A program made the position numbers and the translations under genes. The notes below the pieces were generated by a model that made no database searches, was not told the origin of the DNA, and worked only from the letters and a program-made list of their open reading frames with translations. Below, one piece after another: positions 29,982 to 40,500 of a stretch of DNA of 64,000 nt (the first letter of the stretch is position 1; each line of letters opens with the position of its first letter). The stretch lies in NCBI GenBank assembly GCA_965223905.1, contig CBDCXV010000011.1:2080001-2144000 (forward strand), written 5' to 3'. Origin of the DNA: Candidatus Latescibacterota bacterium. GTDB taxonomy: Bacteria > Latescibacterota > UBA2968 > UBA8231.

Positions 29982-30116
29982 TTGAGGGGAAAAATCGCGG
30001 TTTCAATCCAAACCCCTTCATCTGTGCGATTTTTCCCCTCAATCCCGGCTCCCCGCGTTGCCTTCGCTCGCCGTACACCCCCGGTACGACTCGCTCGGGC
30101 GCTTTGCGAGCCGGGA
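29982..30116. repeat. Structured intergenic element with two inverted repeats
   Basis: Perfect 17-bp IR at 29982-29998 / 30026-30042; second IR tcccggctc (30043-30051) / gagccggga (30108-30116). Confidence 0.75.
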
Positions 30117-30248
30117 GCTTCGGCACCTCCTTCGTACGCTTAACACGCACGGGCACCAGGTCGCTGGTTTCCTCGGACCTGCGCGCCCAAGCACCAGACC
30201 AGGTCGTTCCGGCAAAATGCCCGTTGCGGCAAAAGCCCGGATCGAATT

Positions 30249-31706
30249 TCAGCCGGCTTCCAGGTATCCCCGTTTTTCCAGCGCTTCCCTGAAGGCGGCG
30301 TAGCGCTCGTCCAGTGCGGCACCGCGGCCCCTGTCCGGGGCGAAGGTGCGCTCGGTCCGCACCATGGCCCGGGCTGCCGGCCACAGGCCCCCTAGCATTG
30401 CCGACGCCGCCAGGACCGCGCTGCCGAAGGCGGACTCCGGACAGACCGGCCGGTGAACGCTGCGGCCGGTGGCGTCGGCGCGCAGCTGCAGCCAGACATC
30501 GCTCCGCGCCGCGGCCCCGGTCGCGTACACGGAGCCGTCGCCGGCCCTGGCGGCGGCGTCGAGCACCTCGTACGCCAGTCGTTCCGTGAAGGCCACCCCC
30601 TGCAGATTGGCGGCGTACTGTTCCAGGGAGGAGGCCGGCTCGGGATCGCAGAACCCCTCGGCCCCGGCACAGGCGAACGGGAACCGCTCCCCGGTGCGCG
30701 CCAGGGGGTATGCGACGAGATGGCTCGGAAACAGGGACGCCGCCTCCCGGTCGAGCCCCGCCGGGTCCCGTCCGGGAAACTGCGCCCCGATCCACTCACC
30801 GCCGGTGTTGCTTGCGGCGCCGGGCAGCCAGTACCCGCCCGGCAGCTTGTGCGAGTACACCAGCCCGTCCGGGGAACCCGCGGGGCGGCAGGCGAGGCGC
30901 TTGAAGACCAGGGTCGTCCCCAGGGTGGTGTTGTCGTCCCCCGGCCGGTGCGCCCCCGAGGCTAGGAATCCCGCGGTGCCGTCGGTGGCCCCCGCGACGA
31001 CCTCGGCCGCTGCCGGCAGCCCGGTGGCGGAGGCGGCCGCGGGCGACAGCTCGCCGAGGCGGGCGCCCGGAGCCACCACCTCCGGCAGCCTCTCCCGCAT
31101 CCCGCCGCAGGCATCGACCCAGTCCGGCCAGCGCTCTTCGAAGAGATCGTACCCCGTCTTCAGGGCGTTGCTGTAGTCGCTGACTCCGCAGCGGCCGCAA
31201 AGGCGCGCGGCGATGTAGTCGGCCTGGTGACAGAACCAGCGCGTCGCCGCGACCGTCTCCGGTTCGTGCCGCAGCAGCCAGAGGATCCGGGCTGCGGCGA
31301 ACGACGATGCGAAGCGGTACCCGTGGCGGCGGCAGTGGTCGGGAGCGAGCGCGCACAGCTCCTCCGCCTCGGCGCCGGCGCGGGCGTCGTTGTACATCAG
31401 CGCGGAGCGCACGGCTTCGCCCGCCCCGTTCAGACAGACCAGAGTGCCCGAGGTCCCGTCGACCGCCAGGGCCGCGACTGCCTCCGCCCGCCTCCCGAGC
31501 TGGCCGGCGACCTCGGCCAGGCAGACCTGCGCCGCCTTCCACCAGGACTCCGGGTCCTGCTCGTGCCATCCTCGGGGCAGTCCTCCCCGAGGCGGCGGGA
31601 AAGGCTGCTTCGCTGCCGCGGCGATCTCCCCCGAGGCGGCTACCGCGAGGGCGCGCACGCCTCCGGTCCCGGCGTCGATACCTATCGCCAGCCTGTCATC
31701 CTGCAA
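30249..31706 (-). CDS. FGGY-family carbohydrate kinase
   Basis: GIDAGTGGVR, EQDPESWW, VDGTSGT, LMYNDAR, GATDGTA and LGTTL motifs. Confidence 0.9.
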   Translation of the reverse strand: MQDDRLAIGIDAGTGGVRALAVAASGEIAAAAKQPFPPPRGGLPRGWHEQDPESWWKAAQVCLAEVAGQLGRRAEAVAALAVDGTSGTLVCLNGAGEAVRSALMYNDARAGAEAEELCALAPDHCRRHGYRFASSFAAARILWLLRHEPETVAATRWFCHQADYIAARLCGRCGVSDYSNALKTGYDLFEERWPDWVDACGGMRERLPEVVAPGARLGELSPAAASATGLPAAAEVVAGATDGTAGFLASGAHRPGDDNTTLGTTLVFKRLACRPAGSPDGLVYSHKLPGGYWLPGAASNTGGEWIGAQFPGRDPAGLDREAASLFPSHLVAYPLARTGERFPFACAGAEGFCDPEPASSLEQYAANLQGVAFTERLAYEVLDAAARAGDGSVYATGAAARSDVWLQLRADATGRSVHRPVCPESAFGSAVLAASAMLGGLWPAARAMVRTERTFAPDRGRGAALDERYAAFREALEKRGYLEAG

Positions 31707-31864
31707 TCCGGTTGCTCCCCGTTCAGGTTTCCACCTATGCTACGCAACCGCCCGGCACCGTTCCAAGGACAGGGAAGCCTGGAAGCCGCTCCTGCAGGCG
31801 GTACATCCTGGACGCCGGGGCCGCCGCCCGGATGATCTGCAACGGAGTTCACAGAAAGGACGAC

Positions 31865-32578
31865 ATGGCAAAGACAGCGGTAATCTCCGGCGTTGGCTCC
31901 GGTCTGGGAGCGTCGCTGGCGGTCAAATTCGCCGACGAGGGGTACGACACCGCGCTGCTGGCGCGGTCGTCCGGTTTCATCAACAGCCTGGCGCAGCAGC
32001 TGCGCGAAGCCGGCAGGGACTCGCTGGCCATCGCCGCGGACGTCACCGACCCGGCGCAGGTCGGCGACGCCTTCGCCAGGGTGCGCGAAGAGCTGGGAGA
32101 GGTCGACGTGCTGATCAACCACGCCGGCAACGCCGCCTGGGGGGATTTCGACGGGCTGACCGCGGCGGAGTTCGAGCGCTCCTGGCGGGTCTGCGCCCTC
32201 GGCTCCTTCCTGTGCAGCAAGGAGGCGGCAGGCCCGATGGCGGCGAGGGGTTCCGGGGCGATCCTGTTCACCGGGGCGACCTCGAGCATCCGCGGCCGCG
32301 CGGGCGCCCTTGCCTTCAGCAGCGCCAAGTTCGCGGTGCGCGGGCTCGCCTGGTCGCTGGCGCGCGAGCTCTGGCCGCAGGGGGTGCATGTCGCCCACGT
32401 CATCATCGACGGCCTGCTCGACACCCCGCAGCTGCGCGAGGCCGGCGTCGACGCCGACGAGCCGGTGATGGACACCGACGCGGTGGCCGAAACCTACTGG
32501 AACCTGGCGAACCAGAAGCCCGGGGCCTGGGCCTTCGAGATCGACCTGCGGGCGCACCGGGAGGATTTCTTCGGCTGA
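31865..32578 (+). CDS. SDR-family oxidoreductase
   Basis: GVGSGLG, FTGATSSIRG, FSSAKFAVRGL and HVIIDG; AAGGA RBS. Confidence 0.9.
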   Translation: MAKTAVISGVGSGLGASLAVKFADEGYDTALLARSSGFINSLAQQLREAGRDSLAIAADVTDPAQVGDAFARVREELGEVDVLINHAGNAAWGDFDGLTAAEFERSWRVCALGSFLCSKEAAGPMAARGSGAILFTGATSSIRGRAGALAFSSAKFAVRGLAWSLARELWPQGVHVAHVIIDGLLDTPQLREAGVDADEPVMDTDAVAETYWNLANQKPGAWAFEIDLRAHREDFFG

Positions 32579-32726
32579 GAGGGGGAGCCGTGGGTGTAGA
32601 GGGAACGGGCGAAGGGAAACGAACCGGCCCCCCGAGGGTTGATAAAATGAGATGGAAAAACAGGGGGATGCTGCTGCGCCGCAGGCCCCCGGTCACGGCC
32701 AACCTGAAAACCGGTCCGGTGCAAGG

Positions 32727-32991
32727 ATGACGGAAAAAGAGGCGTTTCTCTTCGACCTGGGGGATACGTCCTCCTCGAGGGGTGCTCGATGGCGGCCAGA
32801 TGCGGCGCGCCAACGAGGCGGTCGACCGCCACTCCGGGCTGATCCGCAACCGCGAGCCGGGGCTCTCCGGGGGCTCGGAGGCGCTGGCGGGGGATTCGGG
32901 GCGCGGCGAGTTCCAGCGGTACCCGCTGACCTTCGAGCGCCCCCTCCCCCGCCGCACCGGCAGGACGGCGCTGGGATCGAACGGGCCATGA
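32727..32991 (+). pseudogene. Probable N-terminal fragment of a phytanoyl-CoA dioxygenase-like gene, frameshifted and truncated
   Basis: Across frames reads MTEKEAFLFDL.GYVLLEGVLD...RANEAVDRH...LSGGSEALAGDSGRGEF; no catalytic HxD part follows. Confidence 0.5.
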
Positions 32992-33677
32992 GCCCCCCTG
33001 CCGTCCAGGCGGTCCTCTTCGATCTCGACGACACGCTGATCGACTTCCAGTACTCGCGCCGTCACGGGCTGCGCACGGTCCAGGAGCTGCTGCCGGGGCT
33101 GGCGCCGGTTCCGCTCGAAGAGCTGGAGCTCGTCCACGACGAGGAGCTGCACGCCAACTACCTGCGCACCCTCGACGGCAGCCTGTCGGACGACGAGGCC
33201 CGCCTCGAGCGCATGCGCGGCATCTGCCGCCGCTACGGGGTGCAGGCGGACGAAAAGGCGGTAGCCGGGGCGGCGGGAGTCCCGGAGCTGCTCGAGGCCC
33301 TGCGGGGACGGGTGCGGATCGGCGTGGTCACCAACGGCCCCTCGGCGCGGCAGCGGGACAAGCTCGAGCTCTGCGACATACGCCCCGAGGATCTCGACGC
33401 CCTGGCGATTTCGGAGGAGGTGGGAGCGGCCAAGCCGGACCCGGCGATCTTCCGGCACGCACTCTCCGGGCTGGGCGTGGCCCCGGAGCAGGTGACGATG
33501 GTCGGGGATTCCTGGGAGAACGACGTCCTGGGCGCTCTGGGGAGCGGCATGGCCGCGGTCTGGCTCAACCGCTACGGGCGCGACTGTCCAGATCCTTCGC
33601 TCGCGGTCGAGATCCGGAGTCTCGAGCCGGTCGGGGATGTCCTGCGGGTTCTGGGAGTGCGGGCGAGCCGGGGTTGA
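32988..33677 (+). CDS. HAD-family hydrolase
   Basis: FDLDDTL, VVTNG, KPDPAIF and MVGDSWENDV motifs. Confidence 0.85.
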   Translation: MSPPAVQAVLFDLDDTLIDFQYSRRHGLRTVQELLPGLAPVPLEELELVHDEELHANYLRTLDGSLSDDEARLERMRGICRRYGVQADEKAVAGAAGVPELLEALRGRVRIGVVTNGPSARQRDKLELCDIRPEDLDALAISEEVGAAKPDPAIFRHALSGLGVAPEQVTMVGDSWENDVLGALGSGMAAVWLNRYGRDCPDPSLAVEIRSLEPVGDVLRVLGVRASRG

Positions 33678-33707
33678 ACCGCTGCCGGGTCGGATTTCCC
33701 CCGGCCC

Positions 33708-34758
33708 CTACCCGTGGCGCGAGCGCAGCAGCTCCGCCCCCCGGCACATCGCCACCAGCTTCAGGTAGGCCTCGTCCCAGTCCATCGGGTTCTGCACCGA
33801 CGGCGAGAAGCCGCAGTCCGGATGCAGGACAATCCGCTCCTTGTCGACGTACTTCATCGCCTCCTCGACCCGCGACGCCACCAGCTCCGGGGTCTCGATC
33901 TCGCGGTCGCAGTGATCGATGCACCCGAGTCCGAGCCGGGCATCCTTCGAGAACGACGCCAGGCACTCCAGGCCGCCCGAGACCGGGGTGGCCAGCTCGA
34001 GCGAGACGACGTCCACGGCGATGCGGGCGAGCCCGGACATGACCGGGCCGAGCGCCCCCTCGCTGCCGTGCCGGTGGTCGAAGTGGGCGTGGCACAGGTG
34101 CAGGCCGGTGGTTATGCCGGTCAACCCCTTCGAGGGTGGCGTTGACGACCTCGACGCAGAGGTCGATCTCCGCCTCCATGTCGTCGATGCCGTCCTCCTC
34201 CCGCCGCGCCGGGTCTACGAGGACGCAGAGCCAGGGCTCGTCGAGCTGCACGGTGTCGGCCCCCGCCTCCTTCAGCAGCTCGATCTCCTGCCGCAGGATC
34301 GGGGCGCAGGCGCGCATCAGGTCGGAGGGGTGCGGGTAGGCCTCCCGCGAGTGCTCTTCGTGCCACATGCGGCGGCCGATCGTGTACGGCCCCGGGAGCG
34401 TCGCCTTGACGCGCCTGCCGGTGCGGCTCCTGAGAAAGCCGACCTCTTCGGCGGCGATCGGGCGGTAGTACTCGACCGGCTCGACAACGGCCGGATACGG
34501 GAGTCCGCTGACGGTGAGGTCCGGCCGGAAGCCGCGCACGCGCTCGGCGAACACCTTGACGTAGCTCTCGCGCCGCCATTCGCCGTCGGTAATCTCGTCG
34601 AGGCCGGCCCGTTCCTGCAGCAGGATCGCCGATTCGATGGCGCGGTCGAGAATGCCGTCGGCCTCGGCCTCCGACAGGGCTCCCGCCTTTCTTTCGAGAA
34701 TGAGCTGCCGCACCCATTCCGGCCTGGGCAGACTGCCGATTACCGTGGTTGGGAACAT
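33708..34758 (-). pseudogene. Cobalamin-independent methionine synthase II family protein, frameshifted near 34125
   Basis: TTVIGSLPRP, TDGEWRRESY and QLDEP, continuing in another frame with LHLCH and PDCGF; shift lies in a short G run. Confidence 0.75.
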
Positions 34759-34848
34759 GCCGACCTCCCGGCTGGATCGTCGATTGACTGCGTTTCGGTT
34801 GCGCATATAGTAAGCCGGCACCGGAAGGGGATAAACGGAGGGACCTCC

Positions 34849-35658
34849 ATGGGGGACAGACTGAAAGACAAGGTTGCCATCGTCTGCGGCGCCGGTTCCA
34901 TCGGCCCGGGATGGGGCAACGGCAAGGCCGCGGCGGTGCTGTTCGCGCGCGAGGGGGCCAGGGTGCTCGCCGTCGACGTCGAGCCGGAGGCGGCCGCGGA
35001 GACCGCGGGAATCATCGCCGCCGAAGGGGGGGAGTGCCGCGTCGCCGGGTGCGACGTGTCGAAGGGGGCCGAGGTCGAGGCCATGGTCGCCCGCTGCATC
35101 GAGCTGTACGGGCGCGTCGACGTTCTCCACAACAACGTCGGCATCGTGCGGCTCGGCGGCCCGGTGGAAAGCAGCGAGGAGGACTGGGACCTGGTCTGCG
35201 ACGTCAACCTCAAGTCCGTCTTCCTCACCTGCAAGAGCGTGCTGCCCCACATGGAGCGCCAGGGAGGCGGCACCATCGTCAACGTCGCCTCGATCTCCGG
35301 CATCCGCTGGCTCGGCGTCCCCTACATTTCCTACAGCGCCACCAAGGCCGCGGTGATCCAGTTCAGCCAGTCGGTCGCCCTGCAGTACGCGGCGCGCAAC
35401 ATCCGCTGCAACAGCATCCTCCCCGGCCTGATGGACACGCCGATGGCGCGCAAGTCGGTCGCCGAGGCGTACTCGGGCGGGGACGTCGAGAAGATGATCG
35501 CGATCAGGGACGCGCAGGTGCCGATGGGCCGGCAGGGGGACGCCTGGGACGTCGCCTACGCCGCCCTCTTCCTCGCCTCGGACGAGGCGAAGTACGTCAC
35601 CGGCACCCAGCTGGTCGTCGACGGCGGCTTCACCTGCAGCGCCGTCTCCCCCCGGTGA
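34849..35658 (+). CDS. SDR-family oxidoreductase
   Basis: GAGSIGPGWGNGKA, NNVG, YSATK and VVDGG motifs. Confidence 0.9.
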   Translation: MGDRLKDKVAIVCGAGSIGPGWGNGKAAAVLFAREGARVLAVDVEPEAAAETAGIIAAEGGECRVAGCDVSKGAEVEAMVARCIELYGRVDVLHNNVGIVRLGGPVESSEEDWDLVCDVNLKSVFLTCKSVLPHMERQGGGTIVNVASISGIRWLGVPYISYSATKAAVIQFSQSVALQYAARNIRCNSILPGLMDTPMARKSVAEAYSGGDVEKMIAIRDAQVPMGRQGDAWDVAYAALFLASDEAKYVTGTQLVVDGGFTCSAVSPR

Positions 35659-35724
35659 TCCGCGTCGCCGGCGCTGCGGCGGCCGCACGAATCCGGGGAA
35701 ACCCGCACTGAGAAAGAGAAGGGA

Positions 35725-36723
35725 ATGCGAAACCTACTACTGCCGATCCTGGCTGCGGCCGCCTTCCTGGCCGGCTGCGGCCGCGGCGGCCCGGAAGAAG
35801 AAAGCCGCCTGAAAGTCGGCTACATCGTCAACTTCATGTCGCACGAGTGGTACCAGAACATCTGTGCCGCGGCGCAAGCGCGCGCCGATGAGCTCGGGGT
35901 CGATCTCGTCATCGCCGACGCCAACCTCGACATCGCCGCGCAGATCTCCAAGGCGGAGAACATGATCGCCCAGGGGGTCGACGTGCTGGCCCTTACCCCG
36001 GTCGACGCCAAAGCCCTCGGCGTCGTCATCGAGCAGGCCCGCGCCCGGGGCATCCGAGTGCTGACCGAATCGAACCCGGCCGTCCGCGCCGAGACCTACG
36101 TCGGCATCGACAACCTGGCGGCCGGGCGCAAGGCGGGGGACTGGTTCGTCGAGCACGTCGTCGAAACCGGGATCGATCCGAAAATCCTCGTCGTCGGCCA
36201 CCCTAACTTCGAGGACAGCCGGCACCGGGTCGACGGGTTCGTATCCGCCCTGGACGAAGCCGGCCTCTCCGGGGCGGTGGTCCAGGAAGTCGACGGTCAG
36301 GGCCTCAAGGAGAAGGCGTTCAAGGTGGCCCAGGACGCCTTGACCGCCCATCCGGAAGTCAACGTCCTCTTCGGGGTCAACGACGATTCGACCACCGGCG
36401 CCATGGCCGCCTACCGCGCCGCCGGCCTCGACGAGAGCGAGCTCCTGGCGATAGGCTTCGGGTTCGAGGGCTCGGTGGGACGCACCGCCCTGCTGGGGGA
36501 CACCCCGTACAAGGCGGCGCTGGCGATGTTCCCGCATTTCGTCGGCATCTCGATCGTCGACGCCGCCATCAGCCTCGCCGCCGGCGATACCCTGCCGGCG
36601 CATTACGAGACCCCCACCATAGTGATCACGCGCGCCAACTTCTCGCAGTTCTACGGCGGCCCCGAGAAGGGCTACCCGATGAAGATCGAGGCGGTGCGCC
36701 AGTTGATGGCCGCTTCACCTTAG
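35725..36723 (+). CDS. Sugar ABC transporter substrate-binding lipoprotein (RbsB-like)
   Basis: LAGC lipobox; VGIDN..AG and VNDD motifs. Confidence 0.9.
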   Translation: MRNLLLPILAAAAFLAGCGRGGPEEESRLKVGYIVNFMSHEWYQNICAAAQARADELGVDLVIADANLDIAAQISKAENMIAQGVDVLALTPVDAKALGVVIEQARARGIRVLTESNPAVRAETYVGIDNLAAGRKAGDWFVEHVVETGIDPKILVVGHPNFEDSRHRVDGFVSALDEAGLSGAVVQEVDGQGLKEKAFKVAQDALTAHPEVNVLFGVNDDSTTGAMAAYRAAGLDESELLAIGFGFEGSVGRTALLGDTPYKAALAMFPHFVGISIVDAAISLAAGDTLPAHYETPTIVITRANFSQFYGGPEKGYPMKIEAVRQLMAASP

Positions 36724-36742
36724 TCCGCAGCGCTGCCCGATA

Positions 36743-37711
36743 ATGCCGAACTTGCCGTCGCGCCTGCTGCAGAGCGAGCAGGCCGGCCTGCTGATCGCCC
36801 TGCTGCTCCTGTGCGCCGTCATCGCCGCGCTGTCGCCGGTCTTCCTGACGGTGGCCAACGTCACCAACATCCTGCGCGACGCCTCGCTGGTGGCGATCGC
36901 CGGCATCGGCATGGCCCTGATCATCCTGCAGGGGGAGATCGACCTCAGCGTCGGCTCGACCCAGGCGGTCGCCGGCATCCTCGCGGTCCTCGTCCTCAAC
37001 GGCAGCGGCAGCATCGCCCTGGCCTTCGCCGCGGCCTTGTGCCTCGGGGCAGGCTGCGGAGTCGCCAACGGCCTGCTCGTCACCCGCGCCGGTATCAGCT
37101 CGCTGATCGCCACCCTGGGGATGATGGCGATCCTGCGCGGCGGCGCCATGGTGTCGACGCAGGCGGTCTCCATACAGGCGGAGATCCCCGGCTTCAGCGA
37201 CATCGGCACCGGCCACCTCGGCCCCCTGCCGCTGCCGGTCGCGGTCGCCGCCTTCTTCTTCGCCCTCTTCTACTTCATCCTGCACCACACCCCCTTCGGC
37301 CGCTACATCTACGCCGTCGGCGGCAACGCCGAGGCCGCCCGCCTCGCCGGCCTTCCGGTCGAGCGGATCAAGGTGACGGTGTTCGCCATCGGCGGGGCCA
37401 TGGCCGCGATCAGCGCCTTCATCCTCGCCTCGCGCCTCAACTCCGGGCAGCCCAACGCCGGGCTCGGCTTCGAGCTGCAGGTGATCGCCGCGGTCGTGCT
37501 CGGGGGCGTCAGCCTGACCGGGGGCGTCGGGTCGCTCGCCGGGGCGATCCTCGGCATCCTCATCCTCACGGTGCTGAACAACGGCCTCGTGCTGCTCAAC
37601 GTCTCCTCCTTCTACCACGACATCGCCCGCGGCCTCGTCATCATCCTCGCCGTGTACCTCGACCGCCGCCGCCGCGATTCGGTCCTGCGCCGGCTGCTGG
37701 CGAACCCGTGA
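36743..37711 (+). CDS. Sugar ABC transporter permease (RbsC-like)
   Basis: GEIDLSVG, GRYIYAVGGNAEAARLAG and ELQVIAAVVLGG motifs. Confidence 0.95.
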   Translation: MPNLPSRLLQSEQAGLLIALLLLCAVIAALSPVFLTVANVTNILRDASLVAIAGIGMALIILQGEIDLSVGSTQAVAGILAVLVLNGSGSIALAFAAALCLGAGCGVANGLLVTRAGISSLIATLGMMAILRGGAMVSTQAVSIQAEIPGFSDIGTGHLGPLPLPVAVAAFFFALFYFILHHTPFGRYIYAVGGNAEAARLAGLPVERIKVTVFAIGGAMAAISAFILASRLNSGQPNAGLGFELQVIAAVVLGGVSLTGGVGSLAGAILGILILTVLNNGLVLLNVSSFYHDIARGLVIILAVYLDRRRRDSVLRRLLANP

Positions 37712-39204
37712 CCTCCCCGGCCCGGAACGGCGAAGCGCTCCTCGACCTGCGCGGGATCGGCAAGCGCTTCCCCGGGGTGCAGGCCCTGGCGGAGGTCGAC
37801 TTCGATCTGCGCCGGGGGGAGGTTCACTCCATCGTCGGCGAGAACGGGGCGGGCAAATCGACGCTGATCAAGATCCTCACCGGGGTGCACCAGCCGGACG
37901 CAGGCTCGTATGCCATCGACGGCCGCCCGGCCGCCGCGGACAGTCCGCGAGCGGCGATCGCCGCCGGGATCAGCGTCGTCTACCAGGAGCCGAAGCTGGT
38001 GCCCACCCTGTCGGTGGCGGAGAACATCTTCTTCGGCCGGCTCCCTTCGCGCCGGGGGCGGGTCGCCTGGCGGCGCCTGCACGAAGAGGCGGCCGCGGCC
38101 CTCGACCAGGTCGGCCTGAGGCTCGACCCGCGGCGGCAGGTCCGGCACCTCGGCATCGGCGAGCAGCAGCTCGTCGAGGTGGCGCAGGCGCTGACGCAGT
38201 CGGCCCGGGTCCTCATTCTCGACGAACCCACCTCCGCCCTCAGCCCGCGCGAGATCGAGCGGCTGTTCGCGCTGATCCGGCGGCTGAAGCAGGAGGGGGT
38301 GGCGATCGTGTACGTGTCGCACAAGCTCGAGGAGATCCTCGCGCTCTCCGACCGGGTCAGCGTGCTGCGGGACGGCAGACTGGTGCGCACCGCCCCGGTG
38401 GAGGAGCTCGACGGCGAACGGCTGATCTCCCTCATGGTGGGACGGCCGCTCGAATCCGAGGGGGCGCCCGCGCCGGCCGGCAGCGGCGTGGTCGCCCTCG
38501 AGGTGCGGAACCTGTCGACCGCCCGGGTGCGGGACGTCAGCTTCCGCGCGCACCGAGGGGAGATCGTCGGCTTCTCCGGGCTGATGGGGGCCGGCCGCAC
38601 CGAGCTCGCCCGCGCCGTCCTGGGTGCCGACCGGCGCCACCAGGGGGAGATCGAGGTAGTCGGGCACCGGCTGCTCCCCGACTCGACCGCGGCGGCCCGG
38701 CGCCTGGGGGTCGGACTGGTCCCCGAGGACCGCCGCGGCGGAGGGCTCTTCCCGGAGCAGCCGGTGCTGCACAACATGACCGTCGCCGCTCTCGACCGCT
38801 TCTGCAGCCGCGGAGTCATCAGCCCGTCCCGGGAGCGGGCCGCGGCCGCGGCCTTCGTCGAGGAGCTGTCGATCCGCACCCCTTCGCTGCGGCAGCGGAT
38901 CGCCGTGCTCAGCGGCGGCAACCAGCAGAAGGTCCTGGTGGCGCGCTGGCTGCTCAAGCAGAACCTCGAGGTGCTGTTCGTCGACGAGCCGACCCGGGGC
39001 ATCGACGTCCGCGCCCGCTTCGCCATCTACCGCCTGCTGCGGGAAATGGCGAACCGGGGACTGGCGGTGATCGTCATCTCCTCGGAGATCCCCGAGCTGC
39101 TGCGGCTGTGCAACCGCATCTACGTGATGAAGGGGGGATGCATTGTCGGTGAGCTTCCCGGGGCCGGCACCACCCCGGAGGAGTTGCTGGCGAGGGCCAT
39201 ATGA
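37708..39204 (+). CDS. Sugar ABC transporter ATP-binding protein (RbsA-like)
   Basis: GENGAGKST, ILDEPT, LSGGNQQK and DEPTRGIDV; GTG overlaps the permease stop. Confidence 0.95.
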   Translation: MTSPARNGEALLDLRGIGKRFPGVQALAEVDFDLRRGEVHSIVGENGAGKSTLIKILTGVHQPDAGSYAIDGRPAAADSPRAAIAAGISVVYQEPKLVPTLSVAENIFFGRLPSRRGRVAWRRLHEEAAAALDQVGLRLDPRRQVRHLGIGEQQLVEVAQALTQSARVLILDEPTSALSPREIERLFALIRRLKQEGVAIVYVSHKLEEILALSDRVSVLRDGRLVRTAPVEELDGERLISLMVGRPLESEGAPAPAGSGVVALEVRNLSTARVRDVSFRAHRGEIVGFSGLMGAGRTELARAVLGADRRHQGEIEVVGHRLLPDSTAAARRLGVGLVPEDRRGGGLFPEQPVLHNMTVAALDRFCSRGVISPSRERAAAAAFVEELSIRTPSLRQRIAVLSGGNQQKVLVARWLLKQNLEVLFVDEPTRGIDVRARFAIYRLLREMANRGLAVIVISSEIPELLRLCNRIYVMKGGCIVGELPGAGTTPEELLARAI

Positions 39205-39247
39205 AGATCCGCGGGGGGACCAAAAAGGCGGTGGAAGGAGGTATTCC

Positions 39248-40453
39248 GTGAATCGATTCCTGCATGAGGCAGCTTCGTACGGAGGGTTCTGTCTGGTTGC
39301 GGCGGTAGCCCTCCTCGTCAAGGGTCAACCTGTCGATGCAACACCAGAGAGCAGGGCCACGGCACTGTTCCTGCTGATCTCGCCTTCCGTGCGCGTCAAC
39401 GGGATGGGGCAGGCGGGAGTCGCTCTCGCGGACGAGCCGGCGAGTTACTACAACCCCGCGGCCGCTGCTCTCTCCTCTCCTGCGCACAGCTTCCAGGGCC
39501 GCTTCTACCTGCGCGAGATGCCGTGGCTTCCGCGTTGGCCCGACGACAAGACCTACAGCCACCGGGCCGCCCAGATCGCGGGAGGGCGGGTGTTCGACAG
39601 CCTGTCCTGGCGGGGGCCGACCAGGCTTCGAGCGGCCTTCTACGGATACCGCACGAAGGTGGATTTGGGACGATCACTACGGCACAATGAAAGAGGCGAG
39701 GTGATCGGTTCTTTCACCTTTGCAGAGGCATCCGAAAACGTCGGCGTCAGCTTGGCGTTGAGGTCCGTTGTGGAGGTAGGAATCGGTGCGGTCTCAAAGC
39801 GCATCTCATCCAGGCTGGGCGATGCAAAAGGAGCTGCCGATGCCTACGACTTCGGTCTCATGGCGGTAGTACCGATGACCGGGGCGCTCAAGCGCCTCTC
39901 CGGGCGGGAGCTTGCACTGAATCGCCACTTGCGGGTGCAACTCGACATCGGATTCGGCGTCTCCTGGCAGAATCGCGGCGAAAGAATGGACTACACCGAT
40001 GCGATGCATGCGGATCCTCTGCCGGCGAACAGGCGGCACGGATGGTCCGCCGTCCTGGCAATCGACCGGAACTCCGAATCCCTCGGTCTTCCTTTGGGGA
40101 GAATGACGTTCTCCAGGGAGACGTACCGTCCCCAGGTGGAGGGCACCCAGGTAACGAGTCGTGCCGAGGACGACAAGTGGGGAGTCGAGATCTCGTTTCT
40201 GGAGACGATCTCTGTGCGGCGGGGGAAGCACGACGATTTCGATGGTGAGGTTCACCTGAAGACTTCGGGGGGAACCATCCAGTCCGACGGTCTCTTCAGG
40301 TACATGGCACACCACCTGGAAAGCAGACCGCCCGGCTCCAGGCGGGATGGGCTTCTTTTCCTCCTCAGGCGCCTGTCGATAAGCTGGTCCTGGTTCGAGT
40401 ACGACCCGGACTGGCCGGCCCAAGGCCACTCCTATCTCGGCCTGTCCTTCTGA
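39248..40453 (+). CDS. PorV/PorQ-like outer-membrane beta-barrel
   Basis: FLLISPSVRVNGMGQAGVALAD..ASYYNPA N-terminal signature; C-terminal YLGLSF. Confidence 0.7.
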   Translation: MNRFLHEAASYGGFCLVAAVALLVKGQPVDATPESRATALFLLISPSVRVNGMGQAGVALADEPASYYNPAAAALSSPAHSFQGRFYLREMPWLPRWPDDKTYSHRAAQIAGGRVFDSLSWRGPTRLRAAFYGYRTKVDLGRSLRHNERGEVIGSFTFAEASENVGVSLALRSVVEVGIGAVSKRISSRLGDAKGAADAYDFGLMAVVPMTGALKRLSGRELALNRHLRVQLDIGFGVSWQNRGERMDYTDAMHADPLPANRRHGWSAVLAIDRNSESLGLPLGRMTFSRETYRPQVEGTQVTSRAEDDKWGVEISFLETISVRRGKHDDFDGEVHLKTSGGTIQSDGLFRYMAHHLESRPPGSRRDGLLFLLRRLSISWSWFEYDPDWPAQGHSYLGLSF

Positions 40454-40500
40454 CCTGCGAATTCCTGCATCTGCGAGTGCTCAGTACGCGGTTCCACTTG

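Noticed and set aside
29201-39204. Sugar kinase, aldolase, SDR and ABC genes as a novel pathway
   Set aside because: Common families in mixed orientation; substrate cannot be inferred from sequence alone
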